From Eukaryota sp. TZLM1-RC (Eukaryota; Protista; Metamonada: BaSk clade): a DNA stretch of 64,000 bases. The translations under genes were made by a program, and so were the position numbers. Positions 37,501 through 50,345 of this stretch are shown in pieces. The stretch covers positions 1,798,408 through 1,862,407 of the forward strand of contig JAUPSS010000005.1 of the NCBI GenBank assembly GCA_040285825.1, given 5' to 3'. Each line of letters begins with the position of its first letter. Positions within the stretch are counted from its first letter, which is position 1. The notes under the pieces are model-generated. The model saw only the letters and a list, made by a program, of their open reading frames with translations, did not search any database and was not told where the DNA came from.

Positions 37501-40500
37501 GAATGGTCATTGGTATGATTAGATGAGTTGCATGTAGTCTTTATGTACTAGATGTGATCAACTTGTGATCAAACTTTGTGTGAAATTGTGTGTTAGTAAT
37601 GTTGGCTATGTGTTACTTGATCAGTACAAACTCATGATTACATTTTCAAATGATTTTGTATATATTTGAATTAATTGAGTGTATTAATTTTTAAACATTA
37701 AATTGTAAAAAAGTAAAAAATCAAAAAGTATACAATTGAATGTTGTAAACTAATAAAACAATTGCTGTAAGTGTAAGAGTATCGTTTTTGATACGATTTA
37801 CTGAGGCTCATATGAAGTTCCTAGTTTCGTATATTGACCAATGGTTGTTTATTACAATCATTGGTCAAATCTTTAAAGTCCATTTTGGGACAATTAATAT
37901 AACAATTGTGGTGTTAAAGTCCGTGCTATGGTCATTTGATTAGTCATTGGTATGATTGGTTGAATGGTCATTGGTATGATTAGATGAGTTGCATGTAGTC
38001 TTTATGTACTAGATGTGATCAACTTGTGATCAAACTTTGTGTGAAATTGTGTGTTAGTAATGTTGGCTATGTGTTACTTGATCAGTACAAACTCATGATT
38101 ACATTTTCAAATGATTTTGTATATATTTGAATTAATTGAGTGTATTAATTTTTAAACATTAAATTGTAAAAAAAGTAAAAAATCAAAAAGTATACAATTG
38201 AATGTTGTAAACTAATAAAACAATTGCTGTAAGTGTAAGAGTATCGTTTTTGATACGATTTACTGAGGCTCATATGAAGTTCCTAGTTTCGTATATTGAC
38301 CAATGGTTGTTTATTACAATCATTGGTCAAATCTTTAAAGTCCATTTTGGGACAATTAATATAACAATTGTGGTGTTAAAGTCCGTGCTATGGTCATTTG
38401 ATTAGTCATTGGTATGATTGGTTGAATGGTCATTGGTATGATTAGATGAGTTGCATGTAGTCTTTATGTACTAGATGTGATCAACTTGTGATCAAACTTT
38501 GTGTGAAATTGTGTGTTAGTAATGTTGGCTATGTGTTACTTGATCAGTACAAACTCATGATTACATTTTCAAATGATTTTGTATATATTTGAATTAATTG
38601 AGTGTATTAATTTTTAAACATTAAATTGTAAAAAAAGTAAAAAATCAAAAAGTATACAATTGAATGTTGTAAACTAATAAAACAATTGCTGTAAGTGTAA
38701 GAGTATCGTTTTTGATACGATTTACTGAGGCTCATATGAAGTTCCTAGTTTCGTATATTGACCAATGGTTGTTTATTACAATCATTGGTCAAATCTTTAA
38801 AGTCCATTTTGGGACAATTAATATAACAATTGTGGTGTTAAAGTCCGTGCTATGGTCATTTGAGTAGTCATTGGTATGATTGGTTGAATGGTCATTGGTA
38901 TGATTAGATGAGTTGCATGTAGTCTTTATGTACTAGATGTGATCAACTTGTGATCAAACTTTGTGTGAAATTGTGTGTTAGTAATGTTGGCTATGTGTTA
39001 CTTGATCAGTACAAACTCATGATTACATTTTCAAATGATTTTGTATATATTTGAATTAATTGAGTGTATTAATTTTTAAACATTAAATTGTAAAAAAAGT
39101 AAAAAATCAAAAAGTATACAATTGAATGTTGTAAACTAATAAAACAATTGCTGTAAGTGTAAGAGTATCGTTTTTGATACGATTTACTGAGGCTCATATG
39201 AAGTTCCTAGTTTCGTATATTGACCAATGGTTGTTTATTACAATCATTGGTCAAATCTTTAAAGTCCATTTTGGGACAATTAATATAACAATTGTGGTGT
39301 TAAAGTCCGTGCTATGGTCATTTGATTAGTCATTGGTATGATTGGTTGAATGGTCATTGGTATGATTAGATGAGTTGCATGTAGTCTTTATGTACTAGAT
39401 GTGATCAACTTGTGATCAAACTTTGTGTGAAATTGTGTGTTAGTAATGTTGGCTATGTGTTACTTGATCAGTACAAACTCATGATTACATTTTCAAATGA
39501 TTTTGTATATATTTGAATTAATTGAGTGTATTAATTTTTAAACATTAAATTGTAAAAAAAGTAAAAAATCAAAAAGTATACAATTGAATGTTGTAAACTA
39601 ATAAAACAATTGCTGTAAGTGTAAGAGTATCGTTTTTGATACGATTTACTGAGGCTCATATGAAGTTCCTAGTTTCGTATATTGACCAATGGTTGTTTAT
39701 TACAATCATTGGTCAAATCTTTAAAGTCCATTTTGGGACAATTAATATAACAATTGTGGTGTTAAAGTCCGTGCTATGGTCATTTGATTAGTCATTGGTA
39801 TGATTGGTTGAATGGTCATTGGTATGATTAGATGAGTTGCATGTAGTCTTTATGTACTAGATGTGATCAACTTGTGATCAAACTTTGTGTGAAATTGTGT
39901 GTTAGTAATGTTGGCTATGTGTTACTTGATCAGTACAAACTCATGATTACATTTTCAAATGATTTTGTATATATTTGAATTAATTGAGTGTATTAATTTT
40001 TAAACATTAAATTGTAAAAAAAGTAAAAAATCAAAAAGTATACAATTGAATGTTGTAAACTAATAAAACAATTGCTGTAAGTGTAAGAGTATCGTTTTTG
40101 ATACGATTTACTGAGGCTCATATGAAGTTCCTAGTTTCGTATATTGACCAATGGTTGTTTATTACAATCATTGGTCAAATCTTTAAAGTCCATTTTGGGA
40201 CAATTAATATAACAATTGTGGTGTTAAAGTCCGTGCTATGGTCATTTGATTAGTCATTGGTATGATTGGTTGAATGGTCATTGGTATGATTAGATGAGTT
40301 GCATGTAGTCTTTATGTACTAGATGTGATCAACTTGTGATCAAACTTTGTGTGAAATTGTGTGTTAGTAATGTTGGCTATGTGTTACTTGATCAGTACAA
40401 ACTCATGATTACATTTTCAAATGATTTTGTATATATTTGAATTAATTGAGTGTATTAATTTTTAAACATTAAATTGTAAAAAAAGTAAAAAATCAAAAAG

Positions 40501-42439
40501 TATACAATTGAATGTTGTAAACTAATAAAACAATTGCTGTAAGTGTAAGAGTATCGTTTTTGATACGATTTACTGAGGCTCATATGAAGTTCCTAGTTTC
40601 GTATATTGACCAATGGTTGTTTATTACAATCATTGGTCAAATCTTTAAAGTCCATTTTGGGACAATTAATATAACAATTGTGGTGTTAAAGTCCGTGCTA
40701 TGGTCATTTGATTAGTCATTGGTATGATTGGTTGAATGGTCATTGGTATGATTAGATGAGTTGCATGTAGTCTTTATGTACTAGATGTGATCAACTTGTG
40801 ATCAAACTTTGTGTGAAATTGTGTGTTAGTAATGTTGGCTATGTGTTACTTGATCAGTACAAACTCATGATTACATTTTCAAATGATTTTGTATATATTT
40901 GAATTAATTGAGTGTATTAATTTTTAAACATTAAATTGTAAAAAAAGTAAAAAATCAAAAAGTATACAATTGAATGTTGTAAACTAATAAAACAATTGCT
41001 GTAAGTGTAAGAGTATCGTTTTTGATACGATTTACTGAGGCTCATATGAAGTTCCTAGTTTCGTATATTGACCAATGGTTGTTTATTACAATCATTGGTC
41101 AAATCTTTAAAGTCCATTTTGGGACAATTAATATAACAATTGTGGTGTTAAAGTCCGTGCTATGGTCATTTGATTAGTCATTGGTATGATTGGTTGAATG
41201 GTCATTGGTATGATTAGATGAGTTGCATGTAGTCTTTATGTACTAGATGTGATCAACTTGTGATCAAACTTTGTGTGAAATTGTGTGTTAGTAATGTTGG
41301 CTATGTGTTACTTGATCAGTACAAACTCATGATTACATTTTCAAATGATTTTGTATATATTTGAATTAATTGAGTGTATTAATTTTTAAACATTAAATTG
41401 TAAAAAAAGTAAAAAATCAAAAAGTATACAATTGAATGTTGTAAACTAATAAAACAATTGCTGTAAGTGTAAGAGTATCGTTTTTGATACGATTTACTGA
41501 GGCTCATATGAAGTTCCTAGTTTCGTATATTGACCAATGGTTGTTTATTACAATCATTGGTCAAATCTTTAAAGTCCATTTTGGGACAATTAATATAACA
41601 ATTGTGGTGTTAAAGTCCGTGCTATGGTCATTTGATTAGTCATTGGTATGATTGGTTGAATGGTCATTGGTATGATTAGATGAGTTGCATGTAGTCTTTA
41701 TGTACTAGATGTGATCAACTTGTGATCAAACTTTGTGTGAAATTGTGTGTTAGTAATGTTGGCTATGTGTTACTTGATCAGTACAAACTCATGATTACAT
41801 TTTCAAATGATTTTGTATATATTTGAATTAATTGAGTGTATTAATTTTTAAACATTAAATTGTAAAAAAAGTAAAAAATCAAAAAGTATACAATTGAATG
41901 TTGTAAACTAATAAAACAATTGCTGTAAGTGTAAGAGTATCGTTTTTGATACGATTTACTGAGGCTCATATGAAGTTCCTAGTTTCGTATATTGACCAAT
42001 GGTTGTTTATTACAATCATTGGTCAAATCTTTAAAGTCCATTTTGGGACAATTAATATAACAATTGTGGTGTTAAAGTCCGTGCTATGGTCATTTGATTA
42101 GTCATTGGTATGATTGGTTGAATGGTCATTGGTATGATTAGATGAGTTGCATGTAGTCTTTATGTACTAGATGTGATCAACTTGTGATCAAACTTTGTGT
42201 GAAATTGTGTGTTAGTAATGTTGGCTATGTGTTACTTGATCAGTACAAACTCATGATTACATTTTCAAATGATTTTGTATATATTTGAATTAATTGAGTG
42301 TATTAATTTTTAAACATTAAATTGTAAAAAAGTAAAAAATCAAAAAGTATACAATTGAATGTTGTAAACTAATAAAACAATTGCTGTAAGTGTAAGAGTA
42401 TCGTTTTTGATACGATTTACTGAGGCTCATATGAAGTTC
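28564..42439 (+). repeat. ~30 tandem copies of ~461-bp rDNA spacer repeat (28S 3' end + 3'ETS)
   Basis: Visible ~461-bp period; unit starts ATTGCTGTAAGTGTAAGAGTATCG, nearly identical to the 28S terminus at 50276. Confidence 0.97.
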
Positions 42440-43440
42440 TGCCTTTGAAAAATCGAAACGAATGGCGCAATTTACAGGAGAAGTTTTCAATTTATGAATA
42501 GCACCATTGTTTGATCACATTTTGGTGTGAAAACATTGTTGCGTGAACTTTACATTGATAAAGAAAATTAGTTTTCTTTGTTATTTGACAGAAACAAAAA
42601 TAAAGTCCAAAAATTTACAGTTTCACTTTCATTTTGAATGTATTCTAGAAACAGATATCGTTTGTTTGATTTGAATCAAAAGGTGATCGTTTGTATATGG
42701 CAACGGTAACGCCATTTTCTGCACGATTATCATTCTTTTGATTAGATTAGTATTTCTCTCAAGATTTTGAGCTTTATACATCATTCATTTGATTTGAATT
42801 CCTTTGTTGATAATCTTTTTACAACATTTGCGACAATTTATACATGGTTATCTTGCCTTTGAAAAAATGGAAACGAATGGCGCATTTTACATGAGAAGTT
42901 TTCAAGTTTATAAATACAGCATGTGTTCTTGATCACATTTATGGAGTAAAAAAACATTGTCGCGTGAACTTTTACATTGATAAAGAAAAATTATTTTACT
43001 TTTGTTATTTGACAGAAACAGAAAAAATAAATTCTTAAAAAATTTACAGTTTCACTTTCATTTTGATTGTATTCTAGAAACAGATATCGTTTGTTTGATT
43101 TGAATCAAAAGGTGATCGTTTGTATATGGCAACGGTAACGCTATTTTCTGCACGATTATCATTCTTTTGATTAGGTCAGTATCTTTTTCAAAATTTATGA
43201 GCTTTATACATCATTAAAACCAAAGTTCATGTCATTCATTTGATTTGAATTCCTTTGTTGATAATCTTTTTACAACATTTGCGACAATTTATACATGGTT
43301 ATCTTGCCTTTGAAAAAATCGAAACGAATGGCGCATTTTACAAGAGAAGTTTTCAAGTTTATAAATACAGCATGTGTTCTTGATCACATTTTTGGTGTAG
43401 AAAAACATTGTTGCGTGAACTTTTACATTGATAAAGAAGT
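42440..43440 (+). repeat. Second IGS repeat family, ~2.3 copies (period 414-451 bp), candidate spacer promoter/enhancer repeats
   Basis: TGCCTTTGAAAAA..GAAACGAATGGCGCA recurs at 42440, 42854 and 43305. Confidence 0.85.
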
Positions 43441-44841
43441 TTTTCTTTTTTTTATTAAACATAAATAAAAAATAAGTTTAAAATTTCATAAATTCAACAA
43501 ACACTTTTATTGCAAAATCAGTACACGAAACTAGATGCTCTATTGATCAAAAATACTGCACCAAAAAAGCTAAAACAATTTGTCATAGTTTTCATTTGAA
43601 ATCCCCATTTCTTATATGACAAAAAAAACTCCACACTTGACAATAAATCTTTGAATTGTAATATCCATATGAGTGTTTCAAACGCTGTTGAATGTTATTG
43701 TGTTTTCACACTTTCTGTGAAAACATGCTTATGCACAAGTGATACAAGGCAGGTTTGATACATGAAGAAATGATTTATGTATTCTGTTTCAATGGCAATC
43801 TTGAAAACAATAGTGTTGGCAGAAAAGATGATGTATGTACTGAAAAGAATACTGTCCAGGAAAACTTTATTATGATAGAGTCTTCATCAAAAAGAAAGTA
43901 CAACGGTGAAGACATCAAGCCAATCCATGAACAATTGAGATCAAAAGAGTGATTGAGTCAAACGAAACACTTACAATAACCGATAGGTACAAGATTTACG
44001 GAATAGAAATCCAAAATGCGCTAGGCAAGGCTGCTGCACTGATGGCAATTGTGATGCCTACCCTTCTGCCCCCAAGAATCATGGCACTAAGAGTATAATG
44101 TGTTTGAAGTTACAGACGCATCCCAAAGTCGGAGTACGGAAATGAGAAAAACCGCAGAAGGTTGCTCAGGTTGGAAGATCAGATTTTGGGTCTGGTTTCA
44201 AACTTCAGATTTTCCAATTTTGACATTGGAATTTTACCAACCCATTATCCAATAGATTTTGGTTCTGTTGTCCTGTTTTTTGTATAAACACGAATCAAAG
44301 ATTTCTAGTTACAGCATTTGCTGGTGTTGTTTCACAGTGATGACCATTATGGTCTAAAATTGTGGATTTTACAAAAAGGTTCTTTGTTTTATACAAATTG
44401 ATTCAAAATCATCCAAATGAGATCAGACCACAAAAAATGGCGAAACGTGAAATGGGGGTCAGGAAATGAAAGAAATTTTCATTTTTTTATCCCATTTCGG
44501 AAAGTACTTGCTATTTGATCATTTTCAATTGATTGTTTTTAAATAATTTATGAAAATGTGAAAACAGCTCAATTGTTCATGTTGAACAAAATTTTGGTGT
44601 TGTATGTAAGCCTTAATGGAAACATTAAATTTTACTACACGTGTCGAATTTTATGGGAAATCATTTTTGATTGAAAATTTAAATTGACACATCAATAAGA
44701 TTTGATTACATTTATCAGGATGTAATGGATCTTTATGGAAAGCACAAATGATCAACATTGATACAATCATATTTGATTGATTTCACAAAAGGTAACATTT
44801 ATGAACTTTTCTGGTTTTTAATCGGAATGTTTTATTGTTGA

Positions 44842-45930
44842 TACCTGGTTGATCCTGCCAGTAGGCATATGCTTGTCTCAAAGATTAAGCCATGCATGTC
44901 TAAGTTCAGGAGTTTTCTCCGAAACAGCGAATGGCTCATTAAATCAGTGATAATTTATTTGATAGTACTTACTACTTGGATAACCGTGGTAATTCTAGAG
45001 CTAATACATGCAGCAAATACTTCTTTTGAAGTATGCATTTATTAGATACAAAACCAATCCTGGCAACAGGTCTTTGGTGAATCATAATAACTATGCTGAT
45101 CGCATGTCTTCGGACAGCGACATATCATTTAAATCACTGCCCTATCAACTAAATCGTAAGGTAGTGGCTTACGATGGTGATGACGGGTAACGGGGAATTA
45201 GGGTTTGATTCCGGAGAGGGAGCCTGAGAAATGGCTACCACATCCAAGGAAGGCAGCAGGCGCGAAAATTACCCAATCTCATTACGAGGAGGTAGTGACA
45301 AAAAATAACAATACTGGGCTCTTTTGAGTTCGTAATTGGAATGAGTACAACTTAAAACCTTTAACGAGGAGCTACTAGAGGGCAAGTCTGGTGCCAGCAG
45401 CCGCGGTAATTCCAGCTCTAGTAGTGTATCTTAAAATTGCTGCGTTTAAATCGTCCGTAGTTGAATCTCAGAATTTGCGTATCTTCAGGTTTTCCTGTTG
45501 GTAAACAGATTCTTCTGTCTGAGGACACTAGTCATTTGCTTCGGCGGTGGCTATTGAATTCAGACCGTTTACTTTGAAAAAATTAGAGTGTTCAAAGCAG
45601 GCTTTATGCAATTGAATAACTTAGCATGGAATAATAGAATAGGACTTTGGTTCTGTTTTATTGGTTTTGAGAACTAGAGTAATGATTAAAAGGGACAGTT
45701 GGGGGCATTAGTACTCCGGTGTCAGAGGTGAAATTCTTGGATTGCCGGATGACTAACTACTGCGAAAGCATTTGCCAAAGATGTTCTCATTAATCAAGGT
45801 CGAAAGTTGGGGGATCGAAGACGATTAGACACCGTCGTAGTCTCAACCATAAACTATGCCGACTAGGGATTAGTAGGCGTTAAATACGACCCTATTAGCA
45901 CCTTATGGGAAACCATAAGTTCTTGGGTAA

Positions 45931-45989
<59 letters not shown>

Positions 45990-46438
45990 TTGTGGAGCCT
46001 GCGGCTTAATCTGACTCAACACGGAGAAACTTACCAGGTCCAGACGTGATAAGGATTGACAGATTGATAGCTCTTTCATGATCTTACGGTTAGTGGCGCA
46101 TGGCCGTTCTTAGTTGGTGGAGTGATTTGTCTGGTTAATTCCGATAACGAACGAGATCTAAATTGCTAACTAGTTTTATTCTATTTTCGGATAGTTTGAA
46201 CTTCTTAGCGAGACTGCTGTGGTTTTACACAGAGGAAGGTTTAGGCAATAACAGGTCTGTGATGCCCTTAGATGTTCTGGGCCGCACGCGCGCTACAATG
46301 GTAGGTACAACGAGTTTGTCCTTAACCGAAAGGTTTGGGTAATCTTGTGAATACCTATCTTGACTGGGATAGATCCTTGCAATTATGGGTCTTGAACGAG
46401 GAATAACTTGTAAGTGCATGTCATCAGCATGCGCTGAA

Positions 46439-46484
<46 letters not shown>

Positions 46485-46624
46485 GATGTTGAGGTGAAAT
46501 GTTTGGACTCAATGGGTTAAGCTGCAAAGCAAGACTTGTTGGGAAAATTCAGTGAATCTTTGCATCTAGAGGAAGGAGAAGTCGTAACAAGGTATCCGTA
46601 GGTGAACCTGCGGATGGATCATTG
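44842..46624 (+). rRNA. 18S: 18S (SSU) rRNA
   Basis: TACCTGGTTGATCCTGCCAG start; GTGCCAGCAGCCGCGGTAA; GTACACACCGCCCGTC; GGTGAACCTGCGGATGGATCATT end. Confidence 0.99.
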
Positions 46625-46722
46625 TCGTTTGTGAGCTTGGCTTGCCAAGTTTCACTTTAACTGAAACCTAATACCGAACCAACCCTTTTTATTATAAAAA
46701 CTAATAGTTTCTATGAAACATC

Positions 46723-46883
46723 CAACTTTCAGTGATGGATGTCTCGGCTCCTTTATCGATGAAGAACGCAGCGAATTGCGATACGTAATGTGAATTGCAG
46801 AATCTGTGAATCATCGAAACTTTGAACGCAAATGGTAGTTCTTTAGAGCTTCGGCTTTATTGAACTATACTTGAATCAGCGTC
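46723..46883 (+). rRNA. 5.8S: 5.8S rRNA (ITS1 ~98 nt, ITS2 ~160 nt)
   Basis: AACTTTCAGTGATGGATGTCTCGGCTC..GATGAAGAACGCAGCGAA..GAATTGCAGAA..CTTTGAACGCA. Confidence 0.95.
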
Positions 46884-47042
46884 GTCTTTTATTTTTCCAT
46901 TTCGGATAATTGGAATTGAAGGTTACTTCTTTTCTTAAATAATCAAATATATGATTGACTTTTGTCAACATTTATTGTTGAAGGCAACTTTTACATTAAT
47001 TGACGACTCATCTCTTTCATATATTGTCTTTTAGACATCATT

Positions 47043-47391
47043 TCGACCTGATTTCAAGTAAGATCACCCCCTGGACTTAAGCATATCAATAAGGGGAGGA
47101 AAAGAAAATAACTATGATTTCCTTAGTAGCGGCGAGCGAACAGGAAAAAGCTCAAGACTGAATCTTTATGATCTTTAGATTGTGAAGAGTTGTAGTCTAT
47201 GGAAACCAGTATTCGGTTCTCGATGTATAAGTCCTTTGGAAAAGGGTATCATGGAAGGTGAAAATCCTGTAAATGACATCGAAGTAATTGATTCACTACT
47301 GATTTTCCGAGAGTCGCGCTGTTTGGGAATGCAGCGTTAAATGTGGGGTAAGTTTCCCATAAAGCTAAATATAAAAGGAGACCGATAGTTC

Positions 47392-47422
<31 letters not shown>

Positions 47423-48263
47423 TCTGAAGAGAGAGTTAAAAGTACCTGAAATCACTGAAAGGATAAGCGATTGGAACTTGATATTGATAGCTTCGGCTGT
47501 CTTGCGTTGGAGTGATTTTGAAAATTGAGTGATTGTGGGGAAGGTAGCTATAATGAACTTCGGTTTATTGTAGTGTTATAGCCTCATAAATTGTTCTTTT
47601 TAAGAATCAGGAATACGGTTTTACCGAGACTCCAACATAAAAGGTTCAATTGTCCCGTCTTGAAACACGGACCAAGGAGTGTATCTCTTCTGCAAGTCGT
47701 AGGGTGTAAAAACCTGAAGGCGAAATGAAAGTAATTTTATGAGGGGAAGTTTCGACTGCACCCTCAACCAGTCCTTGCAAAGGGATCTGAGTATGAGCAG
47801 AATGGATACGACCCGAAAGCCGCTGAACTATGCCTGAATAGGATGAAGCCAGGGGAAACTCTGGTGGAAGTCCGTAGCGATGTTGACGTGCAAATCACTC
47901 GTCAAATTTGGGTATAGGGGCGAAAGACTCATCGAAGCGGCTAGTAGCTGGTTACGTTCGAAGTTTCCCCCAGGATAGCTGGAGCTTGTTTTAGTTTTGT
48001 CCGGTAAAGCTAATGATTAGAGGTACTAGGGACGCAATGTCCTTAGCCTATTCTCAAACTTTAAATGGGCAAGATTTGTGATGATACTTAAGTGATCGTT
48101 GCAATTGAATAATAGCTCTAAGTGGGCCATTTTTGGTAAGCAGAACTGGCGATGTGGGATGCTCCAAAAGACATGTTAAGGTGCCTAAGTGTGCACTCAT
48201 TTAGACCCCAGAAAAGGTGTTGGTTGATATTGACAGCAGGACGGTGGCCATGGAAGTCGGAAT

Positions 48264-48297
<34 letters not shown>

Positions 48298-49207
48298 TCA
48301 ACTAGCCCTGAAAATTGATGGCGCTAAAGTGTGCCACCTATACATGTCCATTAATTCATTTTATGAGTTAATGTGTAGAACGTCGTGGGGGTTGCGTAGA
48401 AGGTTCATTGTGAAATGGACTGGAGCAGCCTCTAGTGCAGATCTTGGTGGTAGTAGCAAATAAACAAGTTGGAATCTTGTTGACCGAAGTGGAGTAGGGT
48501 TCCATGGTAAAGGTATTCTGCCATGGGTTAGTCGGTCCTAAGGCACAGGTTAACTCTTTGAGAGGGGGCTTTTATAGCTCCGTCCTGTCGAAAGGGAAGC
48601 AGGTTAATATTCCTGCACCAACAGTGGGTGTTCGTGGTAACACAATCGAATCTAGAGATGTCGGGGAGGATCCTGGGAAGAGTTATCTTTTCTTATTAAC
48701 TGTCTATTGTCCATGGAATCTGTTTAACAGGAGAAGTGGATATAAGATAGGAAGAGCATTACGTTTTTGTAATGTCCGGTGTATTCTCAACGGCCCTTGA
48801 AAATCTAGAGGAGTAATCACTTCATTGTTGTCCGTACCGATAACCGCATCAGGTCTCCAAGGTGTGTAGCCTCTGGTCTATAGAAGAACGTAGGTAAGGG
48901 AAGTCGGCAAAATAGATCCGTAACTTCGGGATAAGGATTGGCTCTAGGGGCCTTGTGTAAGAGCCCTAGTGGTGACGCACTGAGCGTTGATGTGATTGGC
49001 AACAATTGCGTTGATGCGAGGTGTTGATCCATTGGGATTACTTTTATGCAATTAAAGGTCAACCTAGAACTGTAACGGACAAAGGGAACCCGACTGTTTA
49101 ATCGAAACAAAGCTTTCTGATGGCCGGAAACGGTGTTGACAGAAAGTGATTTCTGCTCAGTGCTCTGAATGTCATTGTGAAGAGATTCAATCAAGCACGG
49201 GTAAACA

Positions 49208-49252
<45 letters not shown>

Positions 49253-49253
49253 C

Positions 49254-49286
<33 letters not shown>

Positions 49287-49308
49287 GTTCCCACTGTCCC
49301 TACCTACC

Positions 49309-49344
<36 letters not shown>

Positions 49345-49350
49345 TAATTC

Positions 49351-49388
<38 letters not shown>

Positions 49389-49747
49389 TGATATTGTGAA
49401 CCGATTCAGGAGGTGTAGCGTACAGGGGAGTAGATTTATCTACGCCAATGAAACACCCTGACTCTTGACATTGGTTTGCTAACTTAATTAATCCGAAACA
49501 GGTTTCCTGTTTCAAGATTTAAGTGTCTTCGGATACGATCGGATTTAAGGACATTGTCAGATGGGGAGTTTGGCTGGGGCGGCACATCTCCAAAATAATA
49601 ACGGAGGTGTCCTAAGGTGAGCTCAATGAGAACAGAAATCTCATGTAGAACATAAGGGTAAAAGCTCACTTGATTTTGATTTTCAGTATGAATACAAACC
49701 AAGAAATTGTGGCCTAACGATCCTTTAACTATAAGAAACTTTTAGCT

Positions 49748-49790
<43 letters not shown>

Positions 49791-49892
49791 AGCCAAGCGT
49801 TCATAGCGACGTTGCTTTTTGATTCTTCGATGTCGGCTCTTCCTATCATTGAGAAGCAGAATTCTCAAAGCGTTGGATTGTTCACCCATTAA

Positions 49893-49948
<56 letters not shown>

Positions 49949-50345
49949 AATAATTGTCATCCTAATAGTAAAGCAACCCAGTACGAGAGGAACCGTTGTT
50001 TCGCATAATTGGTATTTACGCTTATCTGAAAAGATATTGGTGTGAAGCTAACATGCGTTGGATTATAGCTGAACGCCTCTAAGCTAGTATCCAACCTAGA
50101 AAGGATGATATATTGACCTGCAAATTTAATCGATAAAGATTAGGATTGTGTTTACACAGTCCCAATATCTCATCAGTGGGATTGATGTTTAGTCTAAGTA
50201 CTATTCATTGATCATTGAAACTATGAAGATTCGCAGGATCATGAAACCTTGGCAGACGACCAAGATACGGAACTCATTGCTGTAAGTGTAAGAGTATGGT
50301 TTTTATACGATTTACTGAGGCTCATATGAAGTTCCTAGTTTCGTA
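47043..50345 (+). rRNA. 28S: 28S (LSU) rRNA, uninterrupted
   Basis: ACCCCCTGGACTTAAGCATAT; CCGTCTTGAAACACGGACC; empty R2 site TTAAGGTAGCC (~49229-49239); sarcin-ricin loop AGTACGAGAGGAAC; terminal helix GTAAG..AGAGTA..TACGAT..CTGAG. Ends are approximate. Confidence 0.98.

Noticed and set aside
28564-42439. CRISPR-like array
   Set aside because: Whole units repeat with no unique spacers; eukaryotic context and no cas genes.
43755-44200. 5S rRNA or protein gene in the pre-18S spacer
   Set aside because: No 5S motifs recognised on either strand; the short ORF has no recognisable domain.
49200-49320. R2/R4/R1 insertion or group I intron in the full 28S
   Set aside because: The sequence is continuous across these sites.
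45008-49702. ORFs overlapping 18S and 28S
   Set aside because: Spurious frames within rRNA genes.
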